Assembly (NCBI GenBank): GCA_028534125.1
Contig: CM052817.1
Span: 57,538,001-57,602,000 of the forward strand
DNA from: Lama glama
Lineage: Eukaryota
Direction: 5' to 3'
DNA: 64,000 nt
Part shown: piece after piece, positions 51,950-64,000 of the stretch
Layout of the letters: every line of letters starts with the position of its first letter
Numbering within the stretch: the first letter of the stretch is position 1
Translations under genes and position numbers: made by a program
The notes under the pieces: model-generated
Told to the model about the DNA's origin: nothing
The model's input: the letters and a program-made list of their open reading frames with translations, nothing else
The model's database searches: none

Positions 51950-52800
51950 ATTACTAATGTCAGAATTGAAAGATGGGATATCACTACAGATCGCATAGAC
52001 ATTAAAAGGACTAAAAAGGAATACAATGAACAACTCAATGACCATAAATTTGATAACCTAGATTAAATGGACCAATTGAGTGAAAAACAATCTGCCAAAA
52101 CTCACACAAGAAGAAACAGATAATCTGAATAGGCTCCTATGCCTATTTTAAAATTGAATCAATAATGAATAATCTTCCAAAAAAGAAAATGCTAGGTCTA
52201 GATGAGTTCACTATTGAATTCTACTAAACATTTAAGGAAGAATTTATACCAGTTCTCTTTATTCTCTTCCAGAATACAGAAGCAGAGGGAATGCTTTCAA
52301 ACTCATTCAAGGAGGTCAGCATTATCCTAATTTGAAAACCAGACAAAGACATTACTAGAAAAGAAAACTAGAGATTAATATTCTCATAAACAAAGATGCA
52401 AAATCTTTAACAAAATACTAACAAATTGAATCATCCAACAATGTACGAAAGGAATTATATACCATGACCAAGTGTCATTTATTCCGGAAATGCAAGGTAT
52501 TTTAGCATTTGAAAATCAATTAATCACATCAAAAAGCTAAAGAAGAAAAATCACATGATCATATCAAAAGATGCAGAAAAGGCATTTGACAAAATCCAAC
52601 ATTCATTTTACAAACTCTCATTAAACTCAGAGTAGAGGGGATCTTCTTCAAATTAATAAAAATCATCTATAAAAACCTGCATCTAACATCATACTTAATG
52701 ATGCAAAACTAGAAACTTTCCCACTAAGATCAGGAAAAAACCAAAGGTGTCCCCCATCACTCCCTTTCAACATCATACTGGAAATCCTAGCCAATGAGAA
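51950..52800 (+). mobile_element. Degenerate L1 ORF2 fragment (linker to RT)
   Basis: GATATCACTACAGAT..; the segment AAAAATCACATGATCATATCAAAAGATGCAGAAAAGGCATTTGACAAAATCCAAC encodes [18 protein letters not shown]. Confidence 0.9.
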
Positions 52801-54432
52801 CAAGAGGAAAGACAAGAGAAATATAGCTAAAGATGATCCATACACTGGAGTTGTCAGATACAGATTTTAAATAACTATTATTTATATGCTTGAGAAAATA
52901 GGTAACACAATGGAGAGTTTTACCAAAGAACCAGAATCAAAAAGGAATCAAACAGAAATTCTCAAATAGAAAATCATAATAACTAGAATTAAGAACTCAA
53001 TAGTTGGGCTTTTATTAAAGTGAACTGAGCAGAAGAAAGGATTAGTGAACTGGAAGATAAGCTCCCAAAAGCTATGCAAACTACTATTCTTAAACTTTGT
53101 ATAATATAAGCTTTTAGATTTTGTTGCCTATCTTTGCTGCCACTGGGATGAATATGATCGAGAAATAAGTCAGCAAAGTTGGAAACAAAACCAAGTGACA
53201 AAGAAAGAGGAGAGGAAAATATTCTTGAAGACAAGGGTTAAACAACTAGATCGAACCATGTCAACAGGTAGTTTATGAAAGAAATATATAAGTCAGTATG
53301 TTCCCTTATCTGCTTAAACTGAGTAGATTTGGAATTTTCTTACTTACAGCAGGAAAAGCCCTTGCTCATAAGAACGATGTGTTTGTCTTCTCCCTTCTTG
53401 TGTGAGGATCTTATAGTACTGTTTCTGGTATTTCTGTCTCAGTCATTGGGCAGAGCAGTCTGAAGGGTGACTGACTTCGATGGAATGATAGTAAATTTTA
53501 CACTCATTTAAATTGTTTATAAAATAGCAGGACAGCAGTTGCTCTGAAACATGAGTTTGGAGGTCAAAGGAAATGTCAGTTTTGAGATCTAAATTTTGGC
53601 TAGCCTATCATTCTAGTAAGAGGAAGTTTTGGCATTGTATAAGGTATACAGTAAGAAGAAATAACTGAGCATGAAATATAAGGGAGCTAATGTTTAGTAG
53701 GGAGCTAGAAAAGAAGAGTCAATGAAAAAGAGAGACTGAGCTGAGAAGTAGGAGAAAATCCAAGGGTGAACAATGAAGAAATATAAAGAAGAACAGAATT
53801 TTAAAGAGATTTTGGTACATGTGGTAAAAGTAGAAGATGAATGACATGAGGCTTTTCAATTAGTATTTAAATATTAGATTCAATAACTTGGGTTAACTAA
53901 TGACCTTTAAGAGATAAGCTTCCTTAGAGGAAAAGAATGAGAAAAAAAAATTTAGAGGTTGAGTGTTGCACAAGTTTGTCAACTAAGATCAAGTTTGGCT
54001 TAAAAATAATCATTTACATATGAGTAACAGTTTAAAATATCTTATTAGTCTGATGAATTTTAAATATCTCAGTGATTCCATTCTTCTTTAAGGTCAAATT
54101 GAGATTAACTTCTATGATTTCTATTTGATTTTGAGAACTTGAACATACTTAGTAATTTTTTTCTGTCTAAAAAAATTCCTAAGCTGCTTCATAGAAATCA
54201 TTTTCAATTATATCCTTGCATATATATGCATACATATAAAATATCAACTAATTAAAATCAGTGTAGTTTATGGACTAAACTATATTATGTTAAAATATTA
54301 TTTATATATTGAAACTAAAGTTTACAGCCTTAAATAATATTATCTAAATACACAGTTTACTACATATGTGAGTGTTTAAATATATGCATTCAACAACACA
54401 TCGATAAGTAAAAGAAGATAAAGAGTAGTTTA

Positions 54433-54524
54433 TATGTCCATGAATGACTGAAAAATTGTGCTGAACACTGGAATTTGACACAACACTGTAAAATGATTAT
54501 GAATCAATAAACAATGTAAAAAAA
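54433..54524 (+). mobile_element. Very short, young L1 3' end
   Basis: Perfect 13-bp TSD AAAGAGTAGTTTA (54420-54432 / 54525-54537), AATAAA and poly(A). Confidence 0.85.
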
Positions 54525-57374
54525 AAAGAGTAGTTTAAAGGAGAGGACTGGTAATTTAAAAAGTGATAATGAAATGAAACAAAAAGTAAAGTGTTTCTTT
54601 TTTTTTTTCTTTTTGAAAGAAGTCAGGAAGAAGCATCCCAGAGCTGGTAGGAGACTCCATAGTTACCTGGTTTGCAGGCTCTTTTATCTTCCTGCTCTAC
54701 TGTGTTTGGCCATGGCTCCCAACCTAAAGATTTTTTTCATTGTCCCAGAGGGTTTCTGGGGCTCCAGACACCAGACGTGTGTTCTAGACAGGAGGAAGGA
54801 GAGAGAACTAATGACAAGAGGGAATACGTTAAAACTCCCTGTCGAAACTTTTTTGAGGTCAACCTAACTTCTGCTTAGAACCCACTGAACACTCACACTC
54901 AGCTGCCAGAAAGACTGGGAAATAAAATATTTTAGCTGGTCATGCTGATCACGCTTCAGTTAGAGACAAAGAACGGAGCATGGATACTTGACAGGCACCC
55001 AACAATCTCTGTCTAAATGGATTATGAGAAAAAAAGGAAAATGCCTTGTATTTTCCAAAACATTTGGTAGAGATATGGGAAAATTTGTCTAATAGAATTT
55101 GAGAGAATGGGAATTTTTAAGATGGGAAAGACTTGAGTGTTTTTGTGGGTTGAAGGGCAGAATGCAGAAGATAAAGTGTAATTAATTGATGGGGCAAGGC
55201 CCCTGGAGAGGTGAGAGACAAGGATCAAGAGCACAGGAGTCCCTCTTGATTCCTTGATGGTCCCATTTCAGGAAATCAACCTCAAGGAGGTCCACATGCG
55301 TTGTTAACATGCAGCTCTGGTATTCCTTTACATGGGATTTTCAGATTTAGTGACATAGTTATGACACTTTAATTTTGCTTGAAAACACTTTGCAAATATA
55401 ATTTGTGAGGGTGTCGTGTTCATTATTGTAAAGAATGAGCTATTTAGCAAAGAAAGGGATTGTTCTTCACAGATCTGAGCAAGAAACCTTGGCAAATAAA
55501 ATAAGGTTTTAGATAATATTTAAAATATTTGGCTATGTGTATACACCTATGTGTAAAAATTATATTAAGTGATTTTTTTGGATAAATAATTCTTTGGACA
55601 ATTAACTTATCTAATACATTGCTTTCAATATAAGCATTTCTTTCTCTCTTTTTTTTTATTATAATCTGGCCAATCAGTACAAGCATTTGTCTTTCTTTTT
55701 TATTACAATCTGCCCCCGCCCCACATAACTCTTAAAAAGATCCAACTAGTTGTTAAGATCCATGTATATAGAAATAACCTCTGTGGTGTCAAAGTGTCTT
55801 TTTAGCATTTACTGGCAAGTATGGTACAATACCTTACTCCATTTACTCAGTGTTGCCAGTTCCAAATCCTGTGCTCTAATAGCATATGACAGCATAAACA
55901 ATTTACTGTGTAAGGATTTACTCGTTTTTCAGTTTTATAAGGGAAAATATGCAGAATATTTAGAGGGAATATTATCAACTTTCTACCTTAGGACAAGAGG
56001 CAAGCTTTCACTTTTCATTAGACTGAAAAATCTAATGGCATTGAATCATTCTCCAGCTGTCCACATTATGTGTAAAAATAATTTCTTATTTTGTATGTTC
56101 AGCAATACTTCAGCATCTCTGAAGTTTTATAACTATGCATTTGATTTCTTTGTTTCATATTTGCTTAAAATATGAATCAATTAATCTAGTTTCATTTTAG
56201 ATTTATTCACTATCTAAAGTTATGGGTCAAAATTATAATTTAGCAGTTACCATGTTTTCAGCAATTTAAAAAAATCCCATAATTTGAATCTTAATTCACA
56301 TGTTTTTGTCCACTTTTTATTAAAGACTAAATAATGTTTTCAAAATTTCCATTGATATGGGAAGCTTCAGACAGATACAAAAATCCAGACCATGTTTTTT
56401 TTTCAGTTTGTATGGCACAATTTAAAAAATTGTCAGTGTCTTCAGTGAAGTACTATGATGCTAAAATTATAATGACTTAAAGATGATGATGTTCATTTCA
56501 ACACAGAAATAGCACCATCACTACAAATCCTCCACCAGCTTGATCCAATCCCTGCCCCCTCTTACTCTCCTTCCCCACTGCAACTTGCCTTCTGGCAAAT
56601 AAGGAATCTGGAGAGAGGAGAGAGGGTGGATGAGGTGGTGGGAGAGGGTGGGAGAGTCAGAGAGAGGAGGGAGGAATGTTGGAGTGAATGGGAAGGGCTC
56701 CTTTGACCTACAGGCATGCTATTTAGTGGGAAATGAAAGAAATTCTAAAGTTTCCATATTATTTTACTTTCTCTATAAAGTGATCCCTGATATCTTTCAC
56801 TTGCTCCAGCCGCAATTCTACTTTAATCCCCTTATTCTTATTGTACCCTTTAAATAATCCATATCACTTATATTGTGCTTTTTAAAGTATCAGTTTTTCT
56901 TATCTACCAGAGTATCAGCTATTTCTTTTATCATGATCCTTGTATACTTAACATAATACCAACTACATAGAACCCCATTAAATATTTGTTAGGCTAATGA
57001 ATTAATTCATAAAGTTTTAAGGAGCTTTGGAATCTATTAGAAGAATTTAAAGAATGATAATGGGGCATTAAATATTCTTTGTTGATTGTCATTATAACAA
57101 TAATCACAATAATAATAAATATTCAGGCTTTTTGAGCTCTCTTTTAATTATGTTAGATTTAAAATTTAAATGTCACAGAAAATCTTGCTTTTCTCCCTTC
57201 TCTTTATAATATTGGTATATAGCTGACACCAAAGGAAGTGAATACAATACAGATACATTTGCAAAAGCTAATACTTACGAAGTAACTGTCAGCAGGGAAT
57301 GTGAGTTATCAAGTCTGTCACTGAACAGTTTGGGACCTGCATGTAATGAAGGAGACCAAATAAAGAGCTATTTT

Positions 57375-57396
57375 CCACCACCACCACCACCACCAC
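57375..57396 (+). repeat. (CCA)n microsatellite
   Basis: Read directly from the sequence. Confidence 0.9.
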
Positions 57397-57773
57397 GACA
57401 CTGCCAATAACACCACCACAAAAAACAATCTCAAACCTAAAAGAAACACATTTGTACCTCAGCAACCAGGGCAGTTATGCAGTGACATTGACCAACTTGT
57501 GTATGTTCTGATCAGAAGTATACAAATACATATCCCCTATTTGTTAGATTTAAGTTGAAATTACAAACATTTAAAGATGCTCTTTCTACACAATTTCATT
57601 TTCTTTACAAATTATAAATTGAATTTGCCCACAATATCAAATAACCAATTTTTAAATATAGACCTTTTTTCTAATTGAGTTTATGAAGAAATCGTGTGAA
57701 CAAGGGGGAAGAAGAAGGAGAAAGAGGTGGAGAAGGAAGGGAAGGGAGAAGGGAAGGGGAAAGAGACAAGGAA

Positions 57774-58273
57774 NNNNNNNNNNNNNNNNNNNNNNNNNNN
57801 NNNNNNNNNNNNNNNNNNNNNNNNNNNNNNNNNNNNNNNNNNNNNNNNNNNNNNNNNNNNNNNNNNNNNNNNNNNNNNNNNNNNNNNNNNNNNNNNNNNN
57901 NNNNNNNNNNNNNNNNNNNNNNNNNNNNNNNNNNNNNNNNNNNNNNNNNNNNNNNNNNNNNNNNNNNNNNNNNNNNNNNNNNNNNNNNNNNNNNNNNNNN
58001 NNNNNNNNNNNNNNNNNNNNNNNNNNNNNNNNNNNNNNNNNNNNNNNNNNNNNNNNNNNNNNNNNNNNNNNNNNNNNNNNNNNNNNNNNNNNNNNNNNNN
58101 NNNNNNNNNNNNNNNNNNNNNNNNNNNNNNNNNNNNNNNNNNNNNNNNNNNNNNNNNNNNNNNNNNNNNNNNNNNNNNNNNNNNNNNNNNNNNNNNNNNN
58201 NNNNNNNNNNNNNNNNNNNNNNNNNNNNNNNNNNNNNNNNNNNNNNNNNNNNNNNNNNNNNNNNNNNNNNNNN
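57774..58273. other. Assembly gap (500 N)
   Basis: Run of N, preceded by a GA-rich low-complexity tract. Confidence 1.
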
Positions 58274-59924
58274 AAAAGTGGAAACATTTAAAATGTTATG
58301 CATAAAAACTTCATCGTATATCTTTGGCTTTTTCCCCTCTAAAGTGTACCTAATTCACACATTTAAAAAAACTTTCTTGAGTATCATGTGTCAAATAAAT
58401 GCTTTTTAATAGTTTCATTCCACATGCTTTTATAATGTTGACTTGTCCTTTTTTTTTTTGAATACAATATTACTTTCGGAATACTTTAAGATATTCAGTA
58501 AAGTTGCAAAGATAGTATGGAGAGTTCAGTATACATCTCACCTAGTTATCACTTCACATCGGGGGTGCATGCTCTCATCACGATTCATCACTGATGATGT
58601 TAAACTTCATCCTCTGGCTAAGGTAGTGTTTGACACATTTTTCCACTGTAAAGTTACTATTTTCCCCTTTCCCTTTTCTATTCTTTGGAAGCAAGTCACT
58701 AAGTTCACCCCACATTCAAGCAATATGTGGGTTAAGCTCCATTTCCTGGAGGGAATGTTTCCGTAACTTATTTGGAATTCTCCTGTAAGAAAGATTTGTC
58801 TCTTCTTCTCCATTGGTTTATTTATTCAGTCATGTGTTTATATCTGTATGGACTCAGGGATATTTATATCATACCTTGGGTTATAACCCAGTACTACGGT
58901 AATTATTTTTGTTATTCAAATTGTTCAGTTTTGATCAGTGGAACCCCTTGCTGGTGGGCTCCCTCGTCCATTTGACATAACCTGCTTAAAAAAAATCCTT
59001 CCTTCCTTTTTGGCACCAGATGTGACCAGCTCATCCTGTGTTTGCCTGCCCCATTCATATGATGAGTTGACTTTGCTTTTTAACATCATGGAAACAAGGT
59101 GTAAATGTATTTTGATTTCCTACATATAATATCTTATGCAAAATCACAATTGCTTTTGGTGATATTGGTGATACAAGGCCAAGAACAAAATAGGATCTTA
59201 TGAGATTCATTTCCTGCCAGGACAAAATGTAATGAATGTTCGTTTCTGGGCTGAAGACATTGTTTGGAAAGTGACAAAAGGGAGACTTTGGGATGGATTG
59301 CGCATTTCCCTTTTCACTTCCTGTCATTCTGTAGAAATAGTTTGGAGAGAACCCTGTGGGGAAGGGTGGTGGTTTCACCACTTAACCACACACAAAATCA
59401 GGCACGATCTTGGCCTTTCTTTTGTTCAACAACCTTCCTTCCCATGGTAGATAACACTGGCCCCAGACTCCAAACAGCTGAGAATTATTTTCAACAAAAG
59501 AGAAAGAAGAATAACTTACTGCTTTTTTCTTTCTCCTCCTCTCATTTCCCATTATTATTTGATTAACATGTGCTAAAAATCCTGATACTTCCATTATTTC
59601 AGCCAGCAAATGTGTGGAATTGTCCTCTTACAGCCATCTCTTTGATACTCTTATCTTTCTCATCATTGTTGTACCAAAGCAAGTGGAGATTAGTCACAGA
59701 TCATTTCCACCTTCTGTTACAGCTGGACATCAAGTCAGTGGATGAGTTTGTCCCTTTCGTCTCTTCTTACCAGTTCTGGCATGTGCTGCCAAACAGGTAG
59801 TGACTATTCACAGTACATGTTTGAGAGGTATGAGTACATTTAAAAAGGACTTTCCTACAGTGGTGTTACTCTAAGTGAGAAAAATGGGGAGGTGTCGCCT
59901 CCAATAGGATTTAGGAAAAACAAG

Positions 59925-60400
59925 AAAATGGATAAAATACTTCTGCACAGCAAAAGGAAATCATCAACAAAATGAAAAGGCAACCTATGAAATGGGAGAA
60001 AATATTTGTAAATCTTATATCTGACAAGGGGTCTATATTTAAAGAACTCACACAACTCAAGAGCAAAAACCTAAACAATCTGATAAAAAATGGACAGAGA
60101 AAGTGAATAGACATTTTTCCAAAGACAACATATAAATGACCAACAGGTACTGAAAGGTAATCAATGTCACTAATCAACAGGGAAATACAAATCAAAACCA
60201 CAGAGATATCTATCACCTCACACCTGACAGAATGGGCATCATCAAAAAGACAAGAAATAACAACTGTCGGTGAGGCTATGGAAAAAAAGGAGCACTTGTA
60301 CACTGTTGGTGGGAATGTAAATTGGTGCAGCCACTATGGAAAGCAGCATGGAGCTTCCTCAGAAACTTAAAAATAGAACTGCCGCATGATCCAGCAATTT
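59925..60400 (+). mobile_element. L1 ORF2 C-terminal fragment
   Basis: ORF 60164-60370 ([26 protein letters not shown]) is L1 ORF2 Cys-rich tail sequence. Confidence 0.9.
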
Positions 60401-61780
60401 CATGAGGTCGTCTTATCCCACGTATGCCCTTTTATCAGCTGTCTGGATAACTTATCCTCTAACATTTAGCTCATTTACCTATCCTTGGAATTTCCTGACT
60501 CCCCAAAGCTCCCTGTCCCTCTGCCCCTGTATCCTGAAGTGACTGTCTTACTGTTTTGTAAACCTTAGTATTCTTAGCTGTGTCTTTCATGAAACAATAA
60601 ATTTCTTGAGAGGACCAACTGTGACTTGTTAGTTTATATTTATTTATAGTTCTGGTGTCTGCCTCAGTTCCTTATCATTGGGTGCCCTCAAAACTTCAAG
60701 TCTAATAGACAAAACATTATAAATATAATATGTTATGAAATATTCTCTCTCAATGATAAATGCAATATGCCATGACAATATAGATATTTTTGTTCATCTG
60801 TGAATTTAATTTATTCATGACATTTCTTCTCCTTGCCCACAATTAGCATGAATAATTCAGAGGAGGCTATATTCTGTCTAGTTGTGAATAAGAGATTCAC
60901 ATGCAGTTGGCTTAATTTTCTAAGCTATTGGAGAGGAACAAAAGCAGATAATCCAAAAAATCACTTATTTTGTATTTAGAATTCATTTGGGCATTTCCTA
61001 TGGAATATAGCTAATGATCTAGGAATTTCCAATAATTCATACCAACAACTTGAAGCCATATCTGTAAAACCTGATTCTTCAAAAGCCAAAAACTACCCTC
61101 TAGTTTCTCCACACACTACCCATATGTTCTGCTTTCTCAAGGACTCCTCTAGGGGTAAGGGAAGCTGTTTACTGAAATGAAAAGGAAAAAAAAGGGATTG
61201 GTATGTGTGGTATGCAGTCTGTTTTAATCTAGGACTCCTCCCCCTCAAATATAGAGCTCCCCTATTTATTTCCACATGTAAAAGAATATTCTGCTTATGT
61301 CAACAAAGAGTTAATCAAGCAAAATGGATTCTAATACCCTTAAGATCTTGAATGCAAGCTAATAGAATTAGGGGTAATTCCTTGGAATAATAGATTGGAT
61401 ATATATTTTCCCCCATAAATATTTAACCTTTTATAGAGAAACATTTTTTTCGGGAAGATTTTTAGGAGCTCCTACAGATAGGACAATTTAACTTTCTTCA
61501 ACAGGAGAACTCTTAGTAGAAAAACACTGTCAATTTACAAAGTCCAGATTAGAATTAGTTACCATAGTTTTTATTCAAAGCATAAAAATATGCTCATGGA
61601 TATGTAAATGTGGTGGGTTCTTTACTATATTCTTTTCCTACGTGATAGTGATATATTCCTTAACCTTGATAATGTTTATAAAGCAGTAATTAAAATATCC
61701 TTACTCAGTCTTTAACTTTCATTGTGGACATGGTTCATTGCCTCTCCAGTATTCACTTTTGCTTTCTGGTTGGGTAAAGC

Positions 61781-62290
61781 TGTTAGTGGGCAGGGGGGCC
61801 TCCCCATGGGGAAAACCCCCAAAGTGTGGGCTCTTGCCTTTCTACCATGAAAGAATTCACAGCGGAGGCAAAAGATAGAATGAAAAGCTGCTTTTTATTG
61901 CCCAAGGGAAAGGCGATCAACTGGGGGAGCCTCGGGCCAAGGTGACCAGGCGCAAGAACTCCCGTCCTTGGGGTCTTAACAGGGTTCTTTTATCCATCTT
62001 CTTTGGTGCTTCTTGTCCTCTTTCCATTGGCTGTTCTTTTCCTGCTTGCTTTCCAGTTTGTTCTGCTCTGTGGACAAACACTCTGCAGAAATAAAATTAG
62101 GTAACTAGGGACCCTCAAACTATGTGGTTAAGCTAGATTGAGCAAGTGAGACCCTTAAACAATGTGGTCATACAGAGTAGATCTCATCAGGGCTTTCCAT
62201 TCCTTTAAGGTGGCTCTTTAATTTTAAGCTTTTAAAGAAGTTTCTAGTTAATGAGTCCACATTTCAGTTCCTGAGTTCCCTGCCTCCCTT
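61781..62290 (-). mobile_element. LTR-like element
   Basis: TGTTAG start and a reverse U5/R pattern AAAGAATTCACAGCG..TTTATTG; the right end is uncertain. Confidence 0.55.
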
Positions 62291-63409
62291 GGAGCTATAG
62301 GGTTCTGGGTAGGTAGAAGCCAGTCAGTGAAAACATAAACTCTTTCTGGCTGTGATTGGTTCTGGGAACTTGACAGAAGTTGATACACGCAGAGGAAAGT
62401 CCAGAACTTTTAGTCAATAGCTGGGATGGCAAACACTTTCCCTTTGTACTAAAGGGAAAAGCATACATGTTTTCAGTTGCAGCTGGTAATCATCTTGGGG
62501 CCAGTCTTAGGACAAAGCTGACAGATTCTTAATGAAATCTTTTAGTCACCAAATCAAGCCATTCCTGAGGTGTGCCGTCTTATAAAGTTATTGTGACAAG
62601 GAAATTATATAGGGCATAAAAACATTTTAACATTGATTCTGACCCATATAGGGGCTTTATAATTTTTGGTCATGTCTTTTTTCTTTTATTCTTACTAATT
62701 CTGTAACATCAGCTGGGACAGGAAATATGGGAGATTTGGGGGTGAAAGAAGGGGAGGTAGAGAATTTCAGTTTGAAAATCTTGAATCTTGTTTTCCTGTT
62801 AAGCTACCCAGGTGGCGGTACCTAGCAGGTATTTGGCAAATCAAGGCAGTAACTCATAGGCGATTAGCAATTTAAGTCTGAGATTTAGAAGGTACGTAGG
62901 TAATTTAAAAATTGATGTCGTAAGTGTGAACGGTATTGCTAGAAAGAACGTATAGAAATAAGAAGGGAAGAGGAGCAAAGAACCAAAACAGGAAACTGAG
63001 GAGTCACCTGACAGTGGTTAATCAGTATTGAATACTGTGCTATTAAGCACAGAAGTGATTTTTAAAAGAAGGGGTTTAATTATAAACACTCCAGGTAGAG
63101 GGGTATAATTGTTAAAAGGATTAAATACAGACAATTACAGAGAAGTTAGATGCCAGAACCTACATGTATTAAGCAGTGAATTGAAAGTGATCAAATAATG
63201 GTAATTTGAGATTGTTCTTTTCAGACCCTCAAGTGTAAGGGGAAGGAGACTACAAAGACTCCTAGTTGCCTACTTAATATCAACTCTGTTCTTCTGAGTA
63301 ATAGCGCTCTTATATTATTGGTCACGGTAATATGCCCAGTTTAAAATCACATCTCCACGACCCCGCTACAATTAGGTAGCTAGTGAGACATAATCGCGAG
63401 ACACTGGGT

Positions 63410-63493
63410 GGGGCTTCCAGGGCAGCTCTGGGCCATTGGCTGGGGCTTCCAGGGCAGCTCTGGGCCATTGGCTGGGCCTTCCAGGGCAGCTCT
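63410..63493 (+). repeat. 32-bp tandem repeat (about 2.6 copies) in a MaLR-like LTR
   Basis: GGGGCTTCCAGGGCAGCTCTGGGCCATTGGCT twice, plus a partial third copy. Confidence 0.92.
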
Positions 63494-64000
63494 TAAAAGG
63501 GCTGCCTCAGGCGGAAGCCTTGTTTTTCTACCTTCCTGACTTGGGCTGAGACGGCCGAAGTCAGAGCAACCACCGTGGGACCTTGAAAAAAATATCAAGC
63601 GCATCACAGGTACTTCAGTACTAATATTCCTGAACTTCTGAATCAATGTCATCAACTGTTTACTTCTGTTATGTGAGAAAAATGTGAATTTTAAGTCTCT
63701 GTTGTTGGAACTCTGTTTTTAGCAGCTGAATGCAGTTGCTGTTATAAACTGACAACATATAACAGCTAGGTGACGGAAGGTTTAAAAAATACTTATATAT
63801 TCAAAGCAATGGCCTACAACCTTGAGGTTATTTTCTTTAGATTATTTAGATTATTTTATTCTTTCCTCAGTAGGGAACACTGATCAATCAGGATCTGTGC
63901 TTAACAGGTTACACCTGGTAACCTCCTTAACACCTGGGCCTGATTTAAATGATTTTGAGCTGATGCTCTAATGGGATGAAACTCTTGGGAACCTTAGGAA

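Noticed and set aside
57652..58409. Long ORFs in the ORF track
   Set aside because: Artefacts of translating through the N gap.
63410..63493. CRISPR-like repeat array or other prokaryotic system
   Set aside because: The repeats are contiguous without spacers, and the whole window is mammalian.

Overview
Repeat-rich mammalian genomic DNA, probably camelid (alpaca or camel). That assignment is inferred from three copies of a tRNA-derived SINE resembling the camelid Vic-1 type. The only gene I can support is the 5' part of a SPINK2-like gene on the + strand. It has a CpG-rich promoter at about 35.5-36.0 kb, a signal-peptide exon (35716-35794) and a 44-nt exon 2 (37004-37047, ASLNAHFGEPSEYRT). 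I found no Kazal-domain exon in the remaining 27 kb, which includes a 500-N gap. Intron 2 holds an antisense, internally deleted class I ERV with gag, pro, pol and env remnants. The most unusual observation concerns one LTR family, present here as two solo LTRs and as three TSD-flanked, A-tailed retrocopies that all begin at the LTR transcription start. Two retrocopies consist of the R region only (about 150-180 nt, SINE-like) and one is R-U5-PBS-leader. The rest is L1, L2, MIR, MaLR/ERV LTRs, MER DNA transposons and microsatellites. Repeat family names and the SPINK2 comparison come from recalled sequences, not from a search. Boundaries without a TSD are approximate.
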